Shown here: positions 46,225 through 55,891 of the stretch, one piece after another
Position numbering within the stretch: position 1 is the stretch's first letter
Layout: the number at the start of each line of letters is the position of its first letter
DNA from: Desulfurococcaceae archaeon
Lineage (GTDB): Archaea > Thermoproteota > Thermoprotei_A > Sulfolobales > Desulfurococcaceae
Reading direction: 5' to 3'
Assembly (NCBI GenBank): GCA_038888155.1
Contig: JAWAJB010000003.1
Coordinates: 64,001-128,000 of the forward strand
Length of the DNA: 64,000 bases
Program-made: the position numbers and the translations under genes
Notes under the pieces: model-generated
Told to the model about the DNA's origin: nothing
The model's database searches: none
The model's input: the letters and a program-made list of their open reading frames with translations, nothing else

Positions 46225-48669
46225 ATGGGAGAGGCGATTAAGCCGAGAATTGAAACTACTAGGTGGTCGCTCAGCACCGAACTAGAGCTCATAGATATGT
46301 GGGAGAAAGAGGGGCTATATCACTTTTCCACTTCTAAAGAAGACCAGCGGGAAATAATAGCCATAGATACCCCTCCGCCCTACCCCAGCGGAAAGTGGCA
46401 CGTAGGAGGAGCTGCGCACTACGCACAGATAGATATGATTGCAAGGTACTTCAGAATGAAGGGCTTTAACGTGCTTGTGCCCTTCTACGCAGACAGGAAC
46501 GGTCTCCCAGTAGAAGTACAGATAGAGAGGACGTATAAGATAAACGCCCATGAAATGGCTAAAACTAAAGAGGGCAGATTAAAGTTCCTCGACCTCTGTA
46601 GAGACTTCCTCAACAAGACAGAGAAAGAGATGGTCAACATTTGGAGAAGATTAGGGTGTAGCTTCACCTACTGGAGGGATGGGACAGACAGCGAAGAGTA
46701 CAGAAAAGTAACTCAGTCAACCTTCATTGAGCTCTTTAGAAGGGGATTAGTCTACGAGGCAGAAAGACCAGTTAACTGGTGCCCGCGATGTAAGACAACT
46801 CTAGCTGATGCAGAGCTAGAGCACGTTAACGAGGAAACCTACTTATACTATGTAAAGTTCTTTATAGAGGAATTGAACAGCTACGCTGCCGTAGCTACAA
46901 CTAGGCCGGAGCTCTTGAAGTCCTGCAAGGCGCTTGCGTTTAACCCAAGGGATCAAAGGTACAACCGCTTCGAGGGGTACCACGCTGTTAACCCGCTCTA
47001 CGGTCACAGGATGCCGATTTTAAAGCACGATATCGTAGATCCCGACTATGGAACTGGGCTCGTAATGGTGTGCAGCTACGGCGATCACGCAGATGTAGTG
47101 ATGTTTAGAGAGCTTAAATTAGAGCCCTTAGTCATAGTAGACAAGAACGGAATTCTAACGAGTGAGGCTGGCCCGTTAGCTGGACTTAGCGTTGCTGAAG
47201 CCAGGAGAAAAGCCGTTGAGCTCTTAGAGAGTAAAAACGCTATTGTCAAAAAGGAGCGAGTAACTCATAGCGTACCAGTATGCTGGAGATGCAAGACGCC
47301 CGTTCAGATCCTGCACTCAAGCGAGTGGTTCTTGAAACAACTCGAGTTTAAGGACAAGCTTGTAGACGTACTCAAGCAGATTAGCGTAAAGCCTGAATTC
47401 CACAGAGTAAAGGTACTTGACTGGATTAACAGCGTTGTTACAGATTGGCCGATAAGCAGGGACCGCTACTACGCCACTGAGATACCCGTGTGGCGCTGCA
47501 GGAAGTGCGGGTCCACTATTGTCCCGGAGCCCGGTAAGTACTACAGGCCGTGGATAGACCCACCTCCCTGGGATATCTGCCCTGTTTGCGGGTCGCCTAG
47601 TAGTGAGCTAGAGGGCGAGAAGAAGGTGTTCGATACGTGGTTTGACAGCAGCATATCAGTTCTCTACGTTAGTGGCTACTTGAAGAGCAACTGGTTGTTT
47701 GAGAGAGCGTTCAAGAACGCTCTAAGGCCCCAAGGGATAGACATAATCAGGACGTGGCTCTACTACACTTTGTTGCGCGTTTATCAGTTAACAGGTAAGC
47801 CGGCTTTCAAGTGGATCAGGCTAAGCGGCATGGGGCTCGATGAGAGAGGGGAAGCCATGCATAAATCCAAGGGCAACGTAATTGACCCCGATCCAATATT
47901 GGATAGATACGGAGCAGATGCCTTTAGGTATTGGACTGCAGCTAGCGCTAAGCTTGGCTATGATTACCGCTACAGTGAGCCCATGATAAAGACTGGTTTA
48001 ATGTATGTGACAAAGCTGTGGAACATAGCTAGGTTTATCTCCAGCTTCCCCGAGCCAGAGGAGTACGAGCTGAGGCCTATCGATAAGTCCACTTTGGCTC
48101 TCTTAAATAAACTTGTAGTAGCTGTTGAGGGCGGATACAGGGAATTAGATGTATATACGCCAATAAGCGAGCTGTACCAATTTACGTGGAACTACTTTGC
48201 ATCGCACTATTTAGAGCTAGTAAAGACGAGGGCTTACAATACCACCGGAAAGTACGGAAAGCTAGAGCAACAGGGAGCTTGGTACACTCTCCATCGCGTA
48301 TTTAAGAGCATGCTAGTAATGTTGGCCCCAATCATGCCTTTCGTTACTGATGCAATATACAGAGCTCTGTACGAGAAGAGCGTGCACAGGGAGAGGTTCC
48401 CTGAGCCGGATGCGAGATACCCCGCTGAAGCTGCAGACCTAGCGGTTAGCTCGCAGAGGGCAAATCACGCGCTGTGGAAATACAAGAAAGAGCGTGGCAT
48501 GAAGCTCAGCGACCACATAAGTAAAAAGGTGTTCCTCCCCAACTACTTGAGGCCAGTTGCAGAGGAGATGTCAGATCTCCACGGATTACAGCAAGTTGAA
48601 TTCTACGGGGAAAATCCACCCAGCAATGCCGTTGAAGTAGGAGGCGGAGTTTATATAGAAGCTACTTAA
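46225..48669 (+). CDS. valS: valine--tRNA ligase
   Basis: DTPPPYPSG.WHVGG, WCPRCKT.LAD, ATTRPE, GTGLVM, DWPISR, DTWFDS, MHKSKGN (variant HIGH/KMSKS). Confidence 0.88.
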   Translation: MGEAIKPRIETTRWSLSTELELIDMWEKEGLYHFSTSKEDQREIIAIDTPPPYPSGKWHVGGAAHYAQIDMIARYFRMKGFNVLVPFYADRNGLPVEVQIERTYKINAHEMAKTKEGRLKFLDLCRDFLNKTEKEMVNIWRRLGCSFTYWRDGTDSEEYRKVTQSTFIELFRRGLVYEAERPVNWCPRCKTTLADAELEHVNEETYLYYVKFFIEELNSYAAVATTRPELLKSCKALAFNPRDQRYNRFEGYHAVNPLYGHRMPILKHDIVDPDYGTGLVMVCSYGDHADVVMFRELKLEPLVIVDKNGILTSEAGPLAGLSVAEARRKAVELLESKNAIVKKERVTHSVPVCWRCKTPVQILHSSEWFLKQLEFKDKLVDVLKQISVKPEFHRVKVLDWINSVVTDWPISRDRYYATEIPVWRCRKCGSTIVPEPGKYYRPWIDPPPWDICPVCGSPSSELEGEKKVFDTWFDSSISVLYVSGYLKSNWLFERAFKNALRPQGIDIIRTWLYYTLLRVYQLTGKPAFKWIRLSGMGLDERGEAMHKSKGNVIDPDPILDRYGADAFRYWTAASAKLGYDYRYSEPMIKTGLMYVTKLWNIARFISSFPEPEEYELRPIDKSTLALLNKLVVAVEGGYRELDVYTPISELYQFTWNYFASHYLELVKTRAYNTTGKYGKLEQQGAWYTLHRVFKSMLVMLAPIMPFVTDAIYRALYEKSVHRERFPEPDARYPAEAADLAVSSQRANHALWKYKKERGMKLSDHISKKVFLPNYLRPVAEEMSDLHGLQQVEFYGENPPSNAVEVGGGVYIEAT

Positions 48670-49330
48670 GCGCTTTCTTCACAGATCGCTCTAAGCTCCA
48701 CGAAATCCTGTCGAGGAGAGTAGTTAGCGGTCTTCCCCCAAATACAGGTTTAACTTTCCCTCTCCTAATTGCATCTAGGACCGAGCTAACAGAGAGCTCC
48801 TCTACTTCAATAACAGTGTACGCTGTTGCTATCTCAGCTAGGATGTGCGCATCGCTGTTCGCTATACCTGGCTTGCCGAGAAGCTTTGACGCCTTAATGG
48901 CTCTGTAATTAGCTCCCTTAGTTGAGGAAGAGTTCCAGATCTCAATGGCGCTCCAATCCTCGTACTCAAAGATAGCGTCCCCTAGGCCGAGCCTAGCTAT
49001 ATCGAATGGGTGGGCTGGCACTATTAGACAGCTCTCCTCCTTTGCCTTGTCTATTAGTAAATCCAGCCTCTTGGGGAAATCTACCTCCTCATCGCAATAC
49101 AGTAGCACGTCTCCCCTGTCAGTTCTTACCTCTGCGCTGGGAACCACTAGGAGGTTATTCCCAACACTAAGTTTCCTAGCTGCAATACTTCCAGCGAATG
49201 TGTCGTGATCAGCTATAGCTACAGCGTTGATGCCCCTCTCAATAGATGCGTAGACTATTTCTGCGGGGCTAGCTCTGCCATCGCTGTACAACGAGTGAAC
49301 GTGTAGATCCGCCCTAATTAACATTCCCAT
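48662..49330 (-). CDS. PHP domain phosphoesterase
   Basis: DLHVHS.YSDG, ADHD, AHPF, NSDAH. Confidence 0.93.
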   Translation of the reverse strand: MGMLIRADLHVHSLYSDGRASPAEIVYASIERGINAVAIADHDTFAGSIAARKLSVGNNLLVVPSAEVRTDRGDVLLYCDEEVDFPKRLDLLIDKAKEESCLIVPAHPFDIARLGLGDAIFEYEDWSAIEIWNSSSTKGANYRAIKASKLLGKPGIANSDAHILAEIATAYTVIEVEELSVSSVLDAIRRGKVKPVFGGRPLTTLLDRISWSLERSVKKALK

Positions 49331-49382
49331 CAGCTGCTCTGTGTTTTTATAGCAGTAATTGGCTATTTAACTTGGTGCGCGA

Positions 49383-49601
49383 ATTGGGGTTAAAGTCAGG
49401 ATAGAGCAAGCTAAGTGCAATTCGTGCGGACTTTGCGCAGAACACTGCCCTACTTTTGTATTTACGCTAAGGGGAAACAAAGTCGAAGTGGACAGTAGCA
49501 AGTGCATTGAGTGCTATGGGTGTATCTTGCTCTGTCCTCTGCAGGCAATTAAGGTCGAGATCTCGGGCACGCAAATGTTTGGCTTGGATGATTGCTGTTA
49601 A
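49383..49601 (+). CDS. 2x[4Fe-4S] ferredoxin (absent from ORF track; ATT start or 1-nt frameshift)
   Basis: IGVKVRIEQAKCNSCGLCAEHCPTFVF...KCIECYGCILLCPLQAIKV; two CxxCxxCxxxCP motifs. Confidence 0.85.
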   Translation: MGVKVRIEQAKCNSCGLCAEHCPTFVFTLRGNKVEVDSSKCIECYGCILLCPLQAIKVEISGTQMFGLDDCC

Positions 49602-49606
49602 GCATG

Positions 49607-49843
49607 CTAGTAGTATGGTTTGAGCTCCCCCTTGCAGAATGGACACTTGTAGTGGAGCTTCCTAGAGTCTGCTGCGCAGAAATACGCCTTTAAGCCCTGC
49701 TCTATGCACTTTGGACAGTAGTAGACGCTCTTTTGATCGTACCCGTGGAAGAAATCGATGGTTGTGTTGCATATAATGCACTTCTCTGTTGTCCACCCTC
49801 TGTGTCCCGATTTATTAGCGCCCTTGAGCAGCCCCACAGTCAA
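49607..49843 (-). CDS. small Zn-finger protein
   Basis: CIIC, CPKC, CPFC motifs. Confidence 0.7.
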   Translation of the reverse strand: MTVGLLKGANKSGHRGWTTEKCIICNTTIDFFHGYDQKSVYYCPKCIEQGLKAYFCAADSRKLHYKCPFCKGELKPYY

Positions 49844-49907
49844 GATTTAACACCCTTAATGCCTTTACTATATCAAAGGGGTTTTTAAAGGCAGTGGTGT
49901 TGTTGCA

Positions 49908-50588
49908 GTGATTATAGTCGCAACATCAGATGTCCACAGCCCAGAGCACCTTCAACTGTACTTGGAACTAATCAAGAACACGAATTTAGATCCTCAAGTA
50001 GTGCTCTTCGCTGGGGATATGGTAGATAAAAACAAAGTGCTTGCCTTTAAGCCTATATACGAGGCAACTAGGAAGAAGTTCCCCTCTGCTAGGATAATTT
50101 CAGTTTTCGGGAACGAGGAGTACCGGGGGTTCGAAAAGCTCTACGAGGAAATGTACAGAGACGTGATCTGGCTCAACGACAGTTATGCAAAGCTCCAAGA
50201 GGATATATGTATAATTGGGACGCGCGGCGCTCTAGATAGACCAACAACTTGGCAGGCCCGCAACATACCTGGAATAGAGAAGTACTATAGAGAGTTGCCG
50301 TATATGGTTGAGAAATTAGCTATCGAGCTGAGGCAGGGCGCTTGCAAAAAGATTATCTTGGTATCGCACTACGGTGTAACCCACTTAAATCTAGTAGGGG
50401 AGAGGAAAGAGTCCTATCCCTACTTGGCCTCTACTCGCTTTGAGAGCATCCTCAGGGGAGAGCTTGTAGACTTAGTTATACACGGGCACATTCACATGGG
50501 CAAGCTCGATGTCGTCAATATAAGAGGCATACCGGTGTACAACGTTTCTCTGCCAGCTAGGAGAAAGCTAGTTGAGGTTAGGCTGTAG
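49908..50588 (+). CDS. calcineurin-like metallophosphoesterase
   Basis: SDVHSP, AGDMVD, FGNEE, SHY, HGHIH. Confidence 0.92.
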   Translation: MIIVATSDVHSPEHLQLYLELIKNTNLDPQVVLFAGDMVDKNKVLAFKPIYEATRKKFPSARIISVFGNEEYRGFEKLYEEMYRDVIWLNDSYAKLQEDICIIGTRGALDRPTTWQARNIPGIEKYYRELPYMVEKLAIELRQGACKKIILVSHYGVTHLNLVGERKESYPYLASTRFESILRGELVDLVIHGHIHMGKLDVVNIRGIPVYNVSLPARRKLVEVRL

Positions 50589-51461
50589 CTACCTCAACCC
50601 CTCAAAGGAGCCGAGAGAGGAAGTCAGCACAACAACTTCGCTAGCCCACTCGAAGAGTAGCTTATTCCTCCTGAACAGCAGATCTAGCTCGTACATGAGC
50701 TTTGAGCACTCAGGAGTGGCCATGTACTTACACGTTTTTACCTCTTGGGTTCTTTCCTTGAATTGCTGGGGTAAGTGCGGCTCTACAAGCTCCATGTAGA
50801 AGGCCACAGAAGTTGCAGCTAAGCTCTTGTAATCCCTGTAAAGGTCGCTGAACTGTTTGAGGTAGCTAAATACAGCCCCCTCGCGCGCTTCGACTATCGA
50901 GAAACCGCGCCACTTAGAGCTAAGCACCCTGTACAGGTCATTGAAGGTAACTCCCGATCTAAGTATTGCGATTTGCGTGTAGCCTAGTGACTGCAGGTGC
51001 TCGAACATGTCATCTCTATCTATGATTTTCAAGGAGTCAACAAACTGCCTTATATCACTCCACTTGCTCACAGAGTTTATTGTTTCAATGGCTTTTTTGA
51101 ACTTAGCGCTCTCGCCTAGGATGCTCTCCACGCCGCTGAGCCCTAGGGAGACCCCAACTATTAAAAGCGGAGTAATGTACTGGGGATGGGTTGCATTGCA
51201 CAACCTGAAGGAGTCCTTTAATGCGCTTGAGTAGAGCTTACCGTAATCTACGCTCGTAGAGGCTATCTCCCCACGCTTGATCCTCTCTCCAAGCGAGATC
51301 GCCTCTGCTACATGGTCTACAGACGCTATGAGGTTGCACATCACCTCGTCAAACGCTCTAACTGGAGCTAATCTATGTAAACCCCCAGGCTTAATGTAAG
51401 CAGCTAAACCTGTGATAGCGCCGCGAATAAGCGTTTTCGCAGATATTAATTCGCTGCTCAT
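50589..51461 (-). CDS. divergent CitG-like protein
   Basis: IKPGGLHR resembles the CitG PKPG.V.R motif; otherwise weak. Confidence 0.5.
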   Translation of the reverse strand: MSSELISAKTLIRGAITGLAAYIKPGGLHRLAPVRAFDEVMCNLIASVDHVAEAISLGERIKRGEIASTSVDYGKLYSSALKDSFRLCNATHPQYITPLLIVGVSLGLSGVESILGESAKFKKAIETINSVSKWSDIRQFVDSLKIIDRDDMFEHLQSLGYTQIAILRSGVTFNDLYRVLSSKWRGFSIVEAREGAVFSYLKQFSDLYRDYKSLAATSVAFYMELVEPHLPQQFKERTQEVKTCKYMATPECSKLMYELDLLFRRNKLLFEWASEVVVLTSSLGSFEGLR

Positions 51462-51497
51462 AACTTATCACGCGTTACTCAGGGCCCTTCCAAGTGC

Positions 51498-51674
51498 CTA
51501 TAATACTTTAATTGCGTGCTCGCCTATTATTTGTAACCTGCTAAACGCGGACACGCGAATTTTTAACTCTACAGCTCGCTCGTTTTTATGTAGAACCTCG
51601 ATCTCTAGTAGCTCTCCCTCGTGGTTGAGAGCAAAGGTGTTGGCACTATATAAACCGTAATTCAGGTAACTCAT
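51498..51674 (-). CDS. possible 58-aa hypothetical protein
   Basis: Manual translation MSYLNYGLYSANTFALNHEGELLEIEVLHKNERAVELKIRVSAFSRLQIIGEHAIKVL; fills the gap. Confidence 0.35.
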   Translation of the reverse strand: MSYLNYGLYSANTFALNHEGELLEIEVLHKNERAVELKIRVSAFSRLQIIGEHAIKVL

Positions 51675-51702
51675 TGTTGATGCACACTTAGGTGTTAAGA
51701 CT

Positions 51703-51993
51703 GTGGCTTTAGCTACCGCAGTATTAACGTGTAAAGGGGATTTGGTAGTCAGCTACAACGAAGCGGAGGAGCTAGTTATCTACGATATGCAGGCCAAGAG
51801 AGTTATCTCTAGGTTGAGAAAGCCTAGTAACGCTCTACTACTAGAAGAAATTCTCGAAGACTTTGATCCGTGGGTGATATTCTCGGAGGACATACCCGCC
51901 GATATCGTAGACGCAATTAGGGATATGGGCATCAAGGTCCAGTTAGTCAAGGGATACACTGTAGAGGGCCTTATAAGCGAGCTATTTGTCTAA
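51703..51993 (+). CDS. NifB/NifX-like small protein
   Basis: AEELVIYD...AIRDMGIKVQLVKG.TVE pattern. Confidence 0.6.
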   Translation: MALATAVLTCKGDLVVSYNEAEELVIYDMQAKRVISRLRKPSNALLLEEILEDFDPWVIFSEDIPADIVDAIRDMGIKVQLVKGYTVEGLISELFV

Positions 51994-52009
51994 CGAGGTG
52001 ACTTAAAAA

Positions 52010-52294
52010 GTGGTATACCACATTGCAATAGATGTGCTTAATCCTACTAGTAGCGTGGATGAGGGAACTAGGCGAGCAATATCTGAGAAGTGCACCCTAG
52101 TTTGTAGCAATGAGCAACTAGGGCTATCCATATATGGGTGCACCCCAGGCGTTGTCTACATCCAGAAAGCCGGAGGCTCGCTCCTAATAGATATTATAGG
52201 TGGAGAGGAAACCTTCTTTGAGAATATCCTAAAGGCCCTTCCAAAGCACAGCGTAATGATAAGGTTGCTGGAGAGGGGTACACCAGAAGCCTGA
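52010..52294 (+). CDS. hypothetical protein, possibly a degenerate AdoMetDC-like fold
   Basis: GAGGTGA RBS; HIAIDV...LLIDIIGG...IRLLERG. Confidence 0.6.
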   Translation: MVYHIAIDVLNPTSSVDEGTRRAISEKCTLVCSNEQLGLSIYGCTPGVVYIQKAGGSLLIDIIGGEETFFENILKALPKHSVMIRLLERGTPEA

Positions 52295-52301
52295 CCTAGA
52301 A

Positions 52302-52841
52302 GTGATGCACATGAGTAGCGCTGATGTCGTAATAAAGCTCGACGAGAGCACGTGCAGGGGCTATGTAGATGACCCCTCTCACATAAGCGAACTAGCTGAG
52401 AGATGGTTTGGCAAGCTACACTTTAAGAGGCTTGTCCTCGATCTCGTAGAAGTAGCATACATTGTGTCCCAGCTTCAGGGAAAGGCAGTAGTTCTGGACT
52501 CCCAAGGAAGAGCCATTAAGAGCATTGAAGGGCTCGTGGAGGTATACGGGAAGTGCTTTGAGAGCCTTTTCTGGCCTATGCTCTCTGTGCTAAAGGACCT
52601 GCGCGAAAGGGGGAGAAGGGTTAGAGTACTAGAGCCTATGAAATTCTTAGTCAAGGACAAAGAGGGAGAATTAAGACTAATATATATTCTCGAAGAGAAG
52701 TCAATTATCAACATAGACTCTTTAACTAACATAGTCGAGGAGGCACGTAGGAATAACCTTAAAGCCTCCCTAGCCATTGTCAGTCTACAAGGTGAGCTAA
52801 CATATTACGATTTAAACCAAGCAGAAATTAAGGTGAATTAA
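52302..52841 (+). CDS. tRNA splicing endonuclease, structural (beta) subunit
   Basis: WFGK..LVLDLVEVAY, KDLRERG, LAIVSLQGELTYY; lacks the catalytic KYG.DF and H motifs. Confidence 0.8.
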   Translation: MMHMSSADVVIKLDESTCRGYVDDPSHISELAERWFGKLHFKRLVLDLVEVAYIVSQLQGKAVVLDSQGRAIKSIEGLVEVYGKCFESLFWPMLSVLKDLRERGRRVRVLEPMKFLVKDKEGELRLIYILEEKSIINIDSLTNIVEEARRNNLKASLAIVSLQGELTYYDLNQAEIKVN

Positions 52842-52842
52842 A

Positions 52843-54141
52843 TTGAGCGAACCACACTACAATCCGCCTCGAGGCATGAGGGATATTGTAGGGGAGGAAG
52901 CAGAGCTCTACGAGCACCTCTTCTCTGAATTTAAGGCCGCTGCGAGGAGGCACGGCTTCATGCCCATAATAACCCCTACTGTAGAGTACTTCACGCTATT
53001 CGAGGCAAAGAGCGGCGAGGAGATAAAGAGATCAATGTACGTGTTTGAGGATAAGGGAGGAAGATTGCTCGCCCTCAGGCCAGAGGTTACTGCCAGCGTT
53101 GTTAGGGCTTACCTTAAATCGCTTAGGTCGCTACCGAAGCCTATTAAGGTTTACTATGTATCTCAGTGCTTTAGGTATGAGGAACCCCAGCACGCTAGGT
53201 ACAGGGAGTTTTGGCAGGGAGGCCTCGAAGTAATAGGAGAGCAGGACATTAACGCTGATCTACTTGTTGCTATTGCAGCCAGCGATTTCCTAGATAGAGT
53301 GGGGGTGAATCACCTTTACGAAGTAGGGAACGTCTCAATATACAGGGGCTTTATGCGCAAACTCGAGGTCAGCGGAGGGCTCCAGGACTACATACTGCAT
53401 TTAATAGATAAGGACCAAGTTGACGCTGCAATCAACAAGCTAAGAGAAGTCGCTGGAGAGCGGGGAGCCGAGATCTTCAAGTCTCTTCTATCCACAAAGG
53501 ATTTAGATAGAGTAGAGGGCTTTATTGCAGACTACGGAGATCTATTGGGGGAGCTTCGCGAGATCATTTTAACTGAGCACGCTAGAACAAGGGGCTTTAT
53601 TGATACCCTTCGAGAGATCGGCTACAGCGCTGAATATGAGCCTAAACTTGTAAGGGGATTGGCCTACTACACAGGGCTAATTTTTGAGTACAAAGTAACT
53701 GGCACTCAAGCGCTTCCCAGTATTGGAGGGGGCGGAAGATACGACGGACTTACGGAAGTTTACAGCGGCACATTTGAGTACTCTACAGGCCTGGCGCTAG
53801 GTATTGACAGAGTAGCGCTAGCTTTAAGCGGCAGGCCCCTACCTCAAACAGGTAAATACGTTGTCGTATTGATACTAGGAGATGCACCGCTTCACGTTGG
53901 TTACAGAACGCTTAAGGCAATTGTCAAGGGTACTAACGTAAACGGCTACGTTTACAGGGCTAGGTCCCTATCCAGGGGCTTAGAGCACGTCAATAAAGCT
54001 GGGTGCGAGCTCGCGGTCATCATCGGTGAAAGAGAGCTTAAGGGTAATAGCGTAATAATTAAGAACATGAAGACAGGAGAACAGGTTCAAGTCAGCTTGG
54101 GTTCAATCCTAGAGGCCGTCAAGAACATGATTAGTTCATAG
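52843..54141 (+). CDS. hisS: histidine--tRNA ligase
   Basis: PRGMRD, LRPEVTA, FRYEEPQ..RYREFWQ, VRGLAYYTG, GGGRYD. Confidence 0.97.
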   Translation: MSEPHYNPPRGMRDIVGEEAELYEHLFSEFKAAARRHGFMPIITPTVEYFTLFEAKSGEEIKRSMYVFEDKGGRLLALRPEVTASVVRAYLKSLRSLPKPIKVYYVSQCFRYEEPQHARYREFWQGGLEVIGEQDINADLLVAIAASDFLDRVGVNHLYEVGNVSIYRGFMRKLEVSGGLQDYILHLIDKDQVDAAINKLREVAGERGAEIFKSLLSTKDLDRVEGFIADYGDLLGELREIILTEHARTRGFIDTLREIGYSAEYEPKLVRGLAYYTGLIFEYKVTGTQALPSIGGGGRYDGLTEVYSGTFEYSTGLALGIDRVALALSGRPLPQTGKYVVVLILGDAPLHVGYRTLKAIVKGTNVNGYVYRARSLSRGLEHVNKAGCELAVIIGERELKGNSVIIKNMKTGEQVQVSLGSILEAVKNMISS

Positions 54142-54238
54142 CCAGCCTATCATCTATCAACTTTTAGAGAGATATAAGTGCCTTTACGAATTTAAACCTA
54201 AAGGTACTATTTACTAAGAATCTCTGAGGTGAAATCTC

Positions 54239-55687
54239 TTGGCTAGAGCTAAACTCGAGAAAATTGGGGAGTATGAATGGCGCATACCCTCTAACCTCAA
54301 GCCGTGCATGAAGACAGACGCAATCATATTCTCAGACGAGTACCTCCTAGAGAAAATGGAGAGCGATTTGACGTTGGATCAAGCTGCGAATGTAGCGTGT
54401 TTGCCGGGCATCAAGCTCTACTCCTATGTAATGCCTGATGGACACCAGGGGTACGGCTTCCCCATAGGCGGTGTAGCCGGCTTCGATGTGGAGGAGGGCG
54501 TTATAAGCCCGGGCGGAGTTGGCTACGATATAAACTGCGGTGTTAGGGTTCTAAAGACAAACCTCATGCTGGATGACCTAGAGGGCAAACTAAAAGAGCT
54601 TGTAGAAGTAATGTTCAGGAATATACCGAGCGGTGTAGGCTCCACGGGGCAGTTAAGGCTATCTTTCAGGGATCTCGACGACGTGCTAGAGAGAGGTGTT
54701 AAGTGGGCCATCGAGAAGGGCTTCGGCTGGGAGAGAGATGCTGAGCACACTGAAGAGCAGGGATCCATGAAGGCCGCAAGAGCTGACAAGATAAGCAAGG
54801 TAGCCAAGCAGAGAGGACACGAGCAGCTTGGAACACTTGGAGCAGGCAATCACTTCCTTGAAATCCAGGTTGTAGATAGGATATACGATCCCCACATAGC
54901 CTCAGTCATGGGAATTAAAAGCGTTGGACAGGTAGCAGTGATGATCCACACTGGTAGCAGGGGGCTTGGCCACCAAGTTGCAAGCGACTACTTAATGGTA
55001 ATGGAGAGAGCTATGAAGAAGTACGGCATCTCTGTGCCAGATAGGGAGCTAGCAGCCCTTCCCTTTCACAGCTCTGAAGCCCAGGATTACTTCGCTGCTA
55101 TGGCTGCAGCTGCAAACTTCGCTTGGGCTAATAGACAGATAATAACGCACTGGGTGAGGGAGAGCTTTAGGAAAACCCTACAAGCGGCTCCCGAGGAGCT
55201 GGGATTAGATGTGATATACGACGTAGCTCACAACATAGCCAAAGTTGAAGAGCATACTATAAACGGAGAGAAGTACAAAGTAGTTGTTCACAGAAAAGGA
55301 GCTACGAGGGCATTTCCCCCGGGTCACCCCGATATACCTTCGGATTACAGCAAAATTGGCCAGCCAGTTTTAATACCTGGAAGCATGGGGACTGCTAGCT
55401 ACATACTTATTGGGCTCAAAGAAGGAGCGAGAACGTGGTACAGTGCACCACACGGCGCTGGTCGGTGGCTTAGTAGAGGAGATGCCATAAGGTCTTATAC
55501 GCCTGACCGCGTAATATCCGAGCTAACCCACAAGGGGATCTTTGTGAGAGCTGCAAGCAGGAGAGTTATAAGCGAGGAGGCCCCCGAAGCGTATAAGGAC
55601 GTAGATAGAGTTGTGCTCGTAGCCGATAAAGTGAGGATCGCTAGACCTGTCGCTAGGTTGACTCCAGTAGGCGTTGTAAAGGGCTAG
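54239..55687 (+). CDS. rtcB: tRNA-splicing ligase RtcB
   Basis: MPDGHQGYGFPIGG, DINCG, GNHF.E, HTGSRG, HNIAK, HRKGAT, HGAGR, EAYKD; no intein. Confidence 0.98.
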   Translation: MARAKLEKIGEYEWRIPSNLKPCMKTDAIIFSDEYLLEKMESDLTLDQAANVACLPGIKLYSYVMPDGHQGYGFPIGGVAGFDVEEGVISPGGVGYDINCGVRVLKTNLMLDDLEGKLKELVEVMFRNIPSGVGSTGQLRLSFRDLDDVLERGVKWAIEKGFGWERDAEHTEEQGSMKAARADKISKVAKQRGHEQLGTLGAGNHFLEIQVVDRIYDPHIASVMGIKSVGQVAVMIHTGSRGLGHQVASDYLMVMERAMKKYGISVPDRELAALPFHSSEAQDYFAAMAAAANFAWANRQIITHWVRESFRKTLQAAPEELGLDVIYDVAHNIAKVEEHTINGEKYKVVVHRKGATRAFPPGHPDIPSDYSKIGQPVLIPGSMGTASYILIGLKEGARTWYSAPHGAGRWLSRGDAIRSYTPDRVISELTHKGIFVRAASRRVISEEAPEAYKDVDRVVLVADKVRIARPVARLTPVGVVKG

Positions 55688-55891
55688 AGCTTATCGGAGC
55701 TTTTTGCTACTGTTGTGCTGACTTAGCTTTTAGCGCTAACTCGTTATCGGCGTGGAAAGACAGAGGATGTGCCCACTTAATAAACCCCCTCGTTAGGAGT
55801 GCTCCAAAAGGTGACTAAGTTGTCCTTATGCAGGCCCTCAAGTCAATGTAAAGTAGATGGAGAATTGGAGGAGACGTTGTTTAGCACGCTG

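Noticed and set aside
7388-55687. Inteins in radA, top6, glmS or rtcB
   Set aside because: Normal lengths and no intein splice-junction or LAGLIDADG motifs
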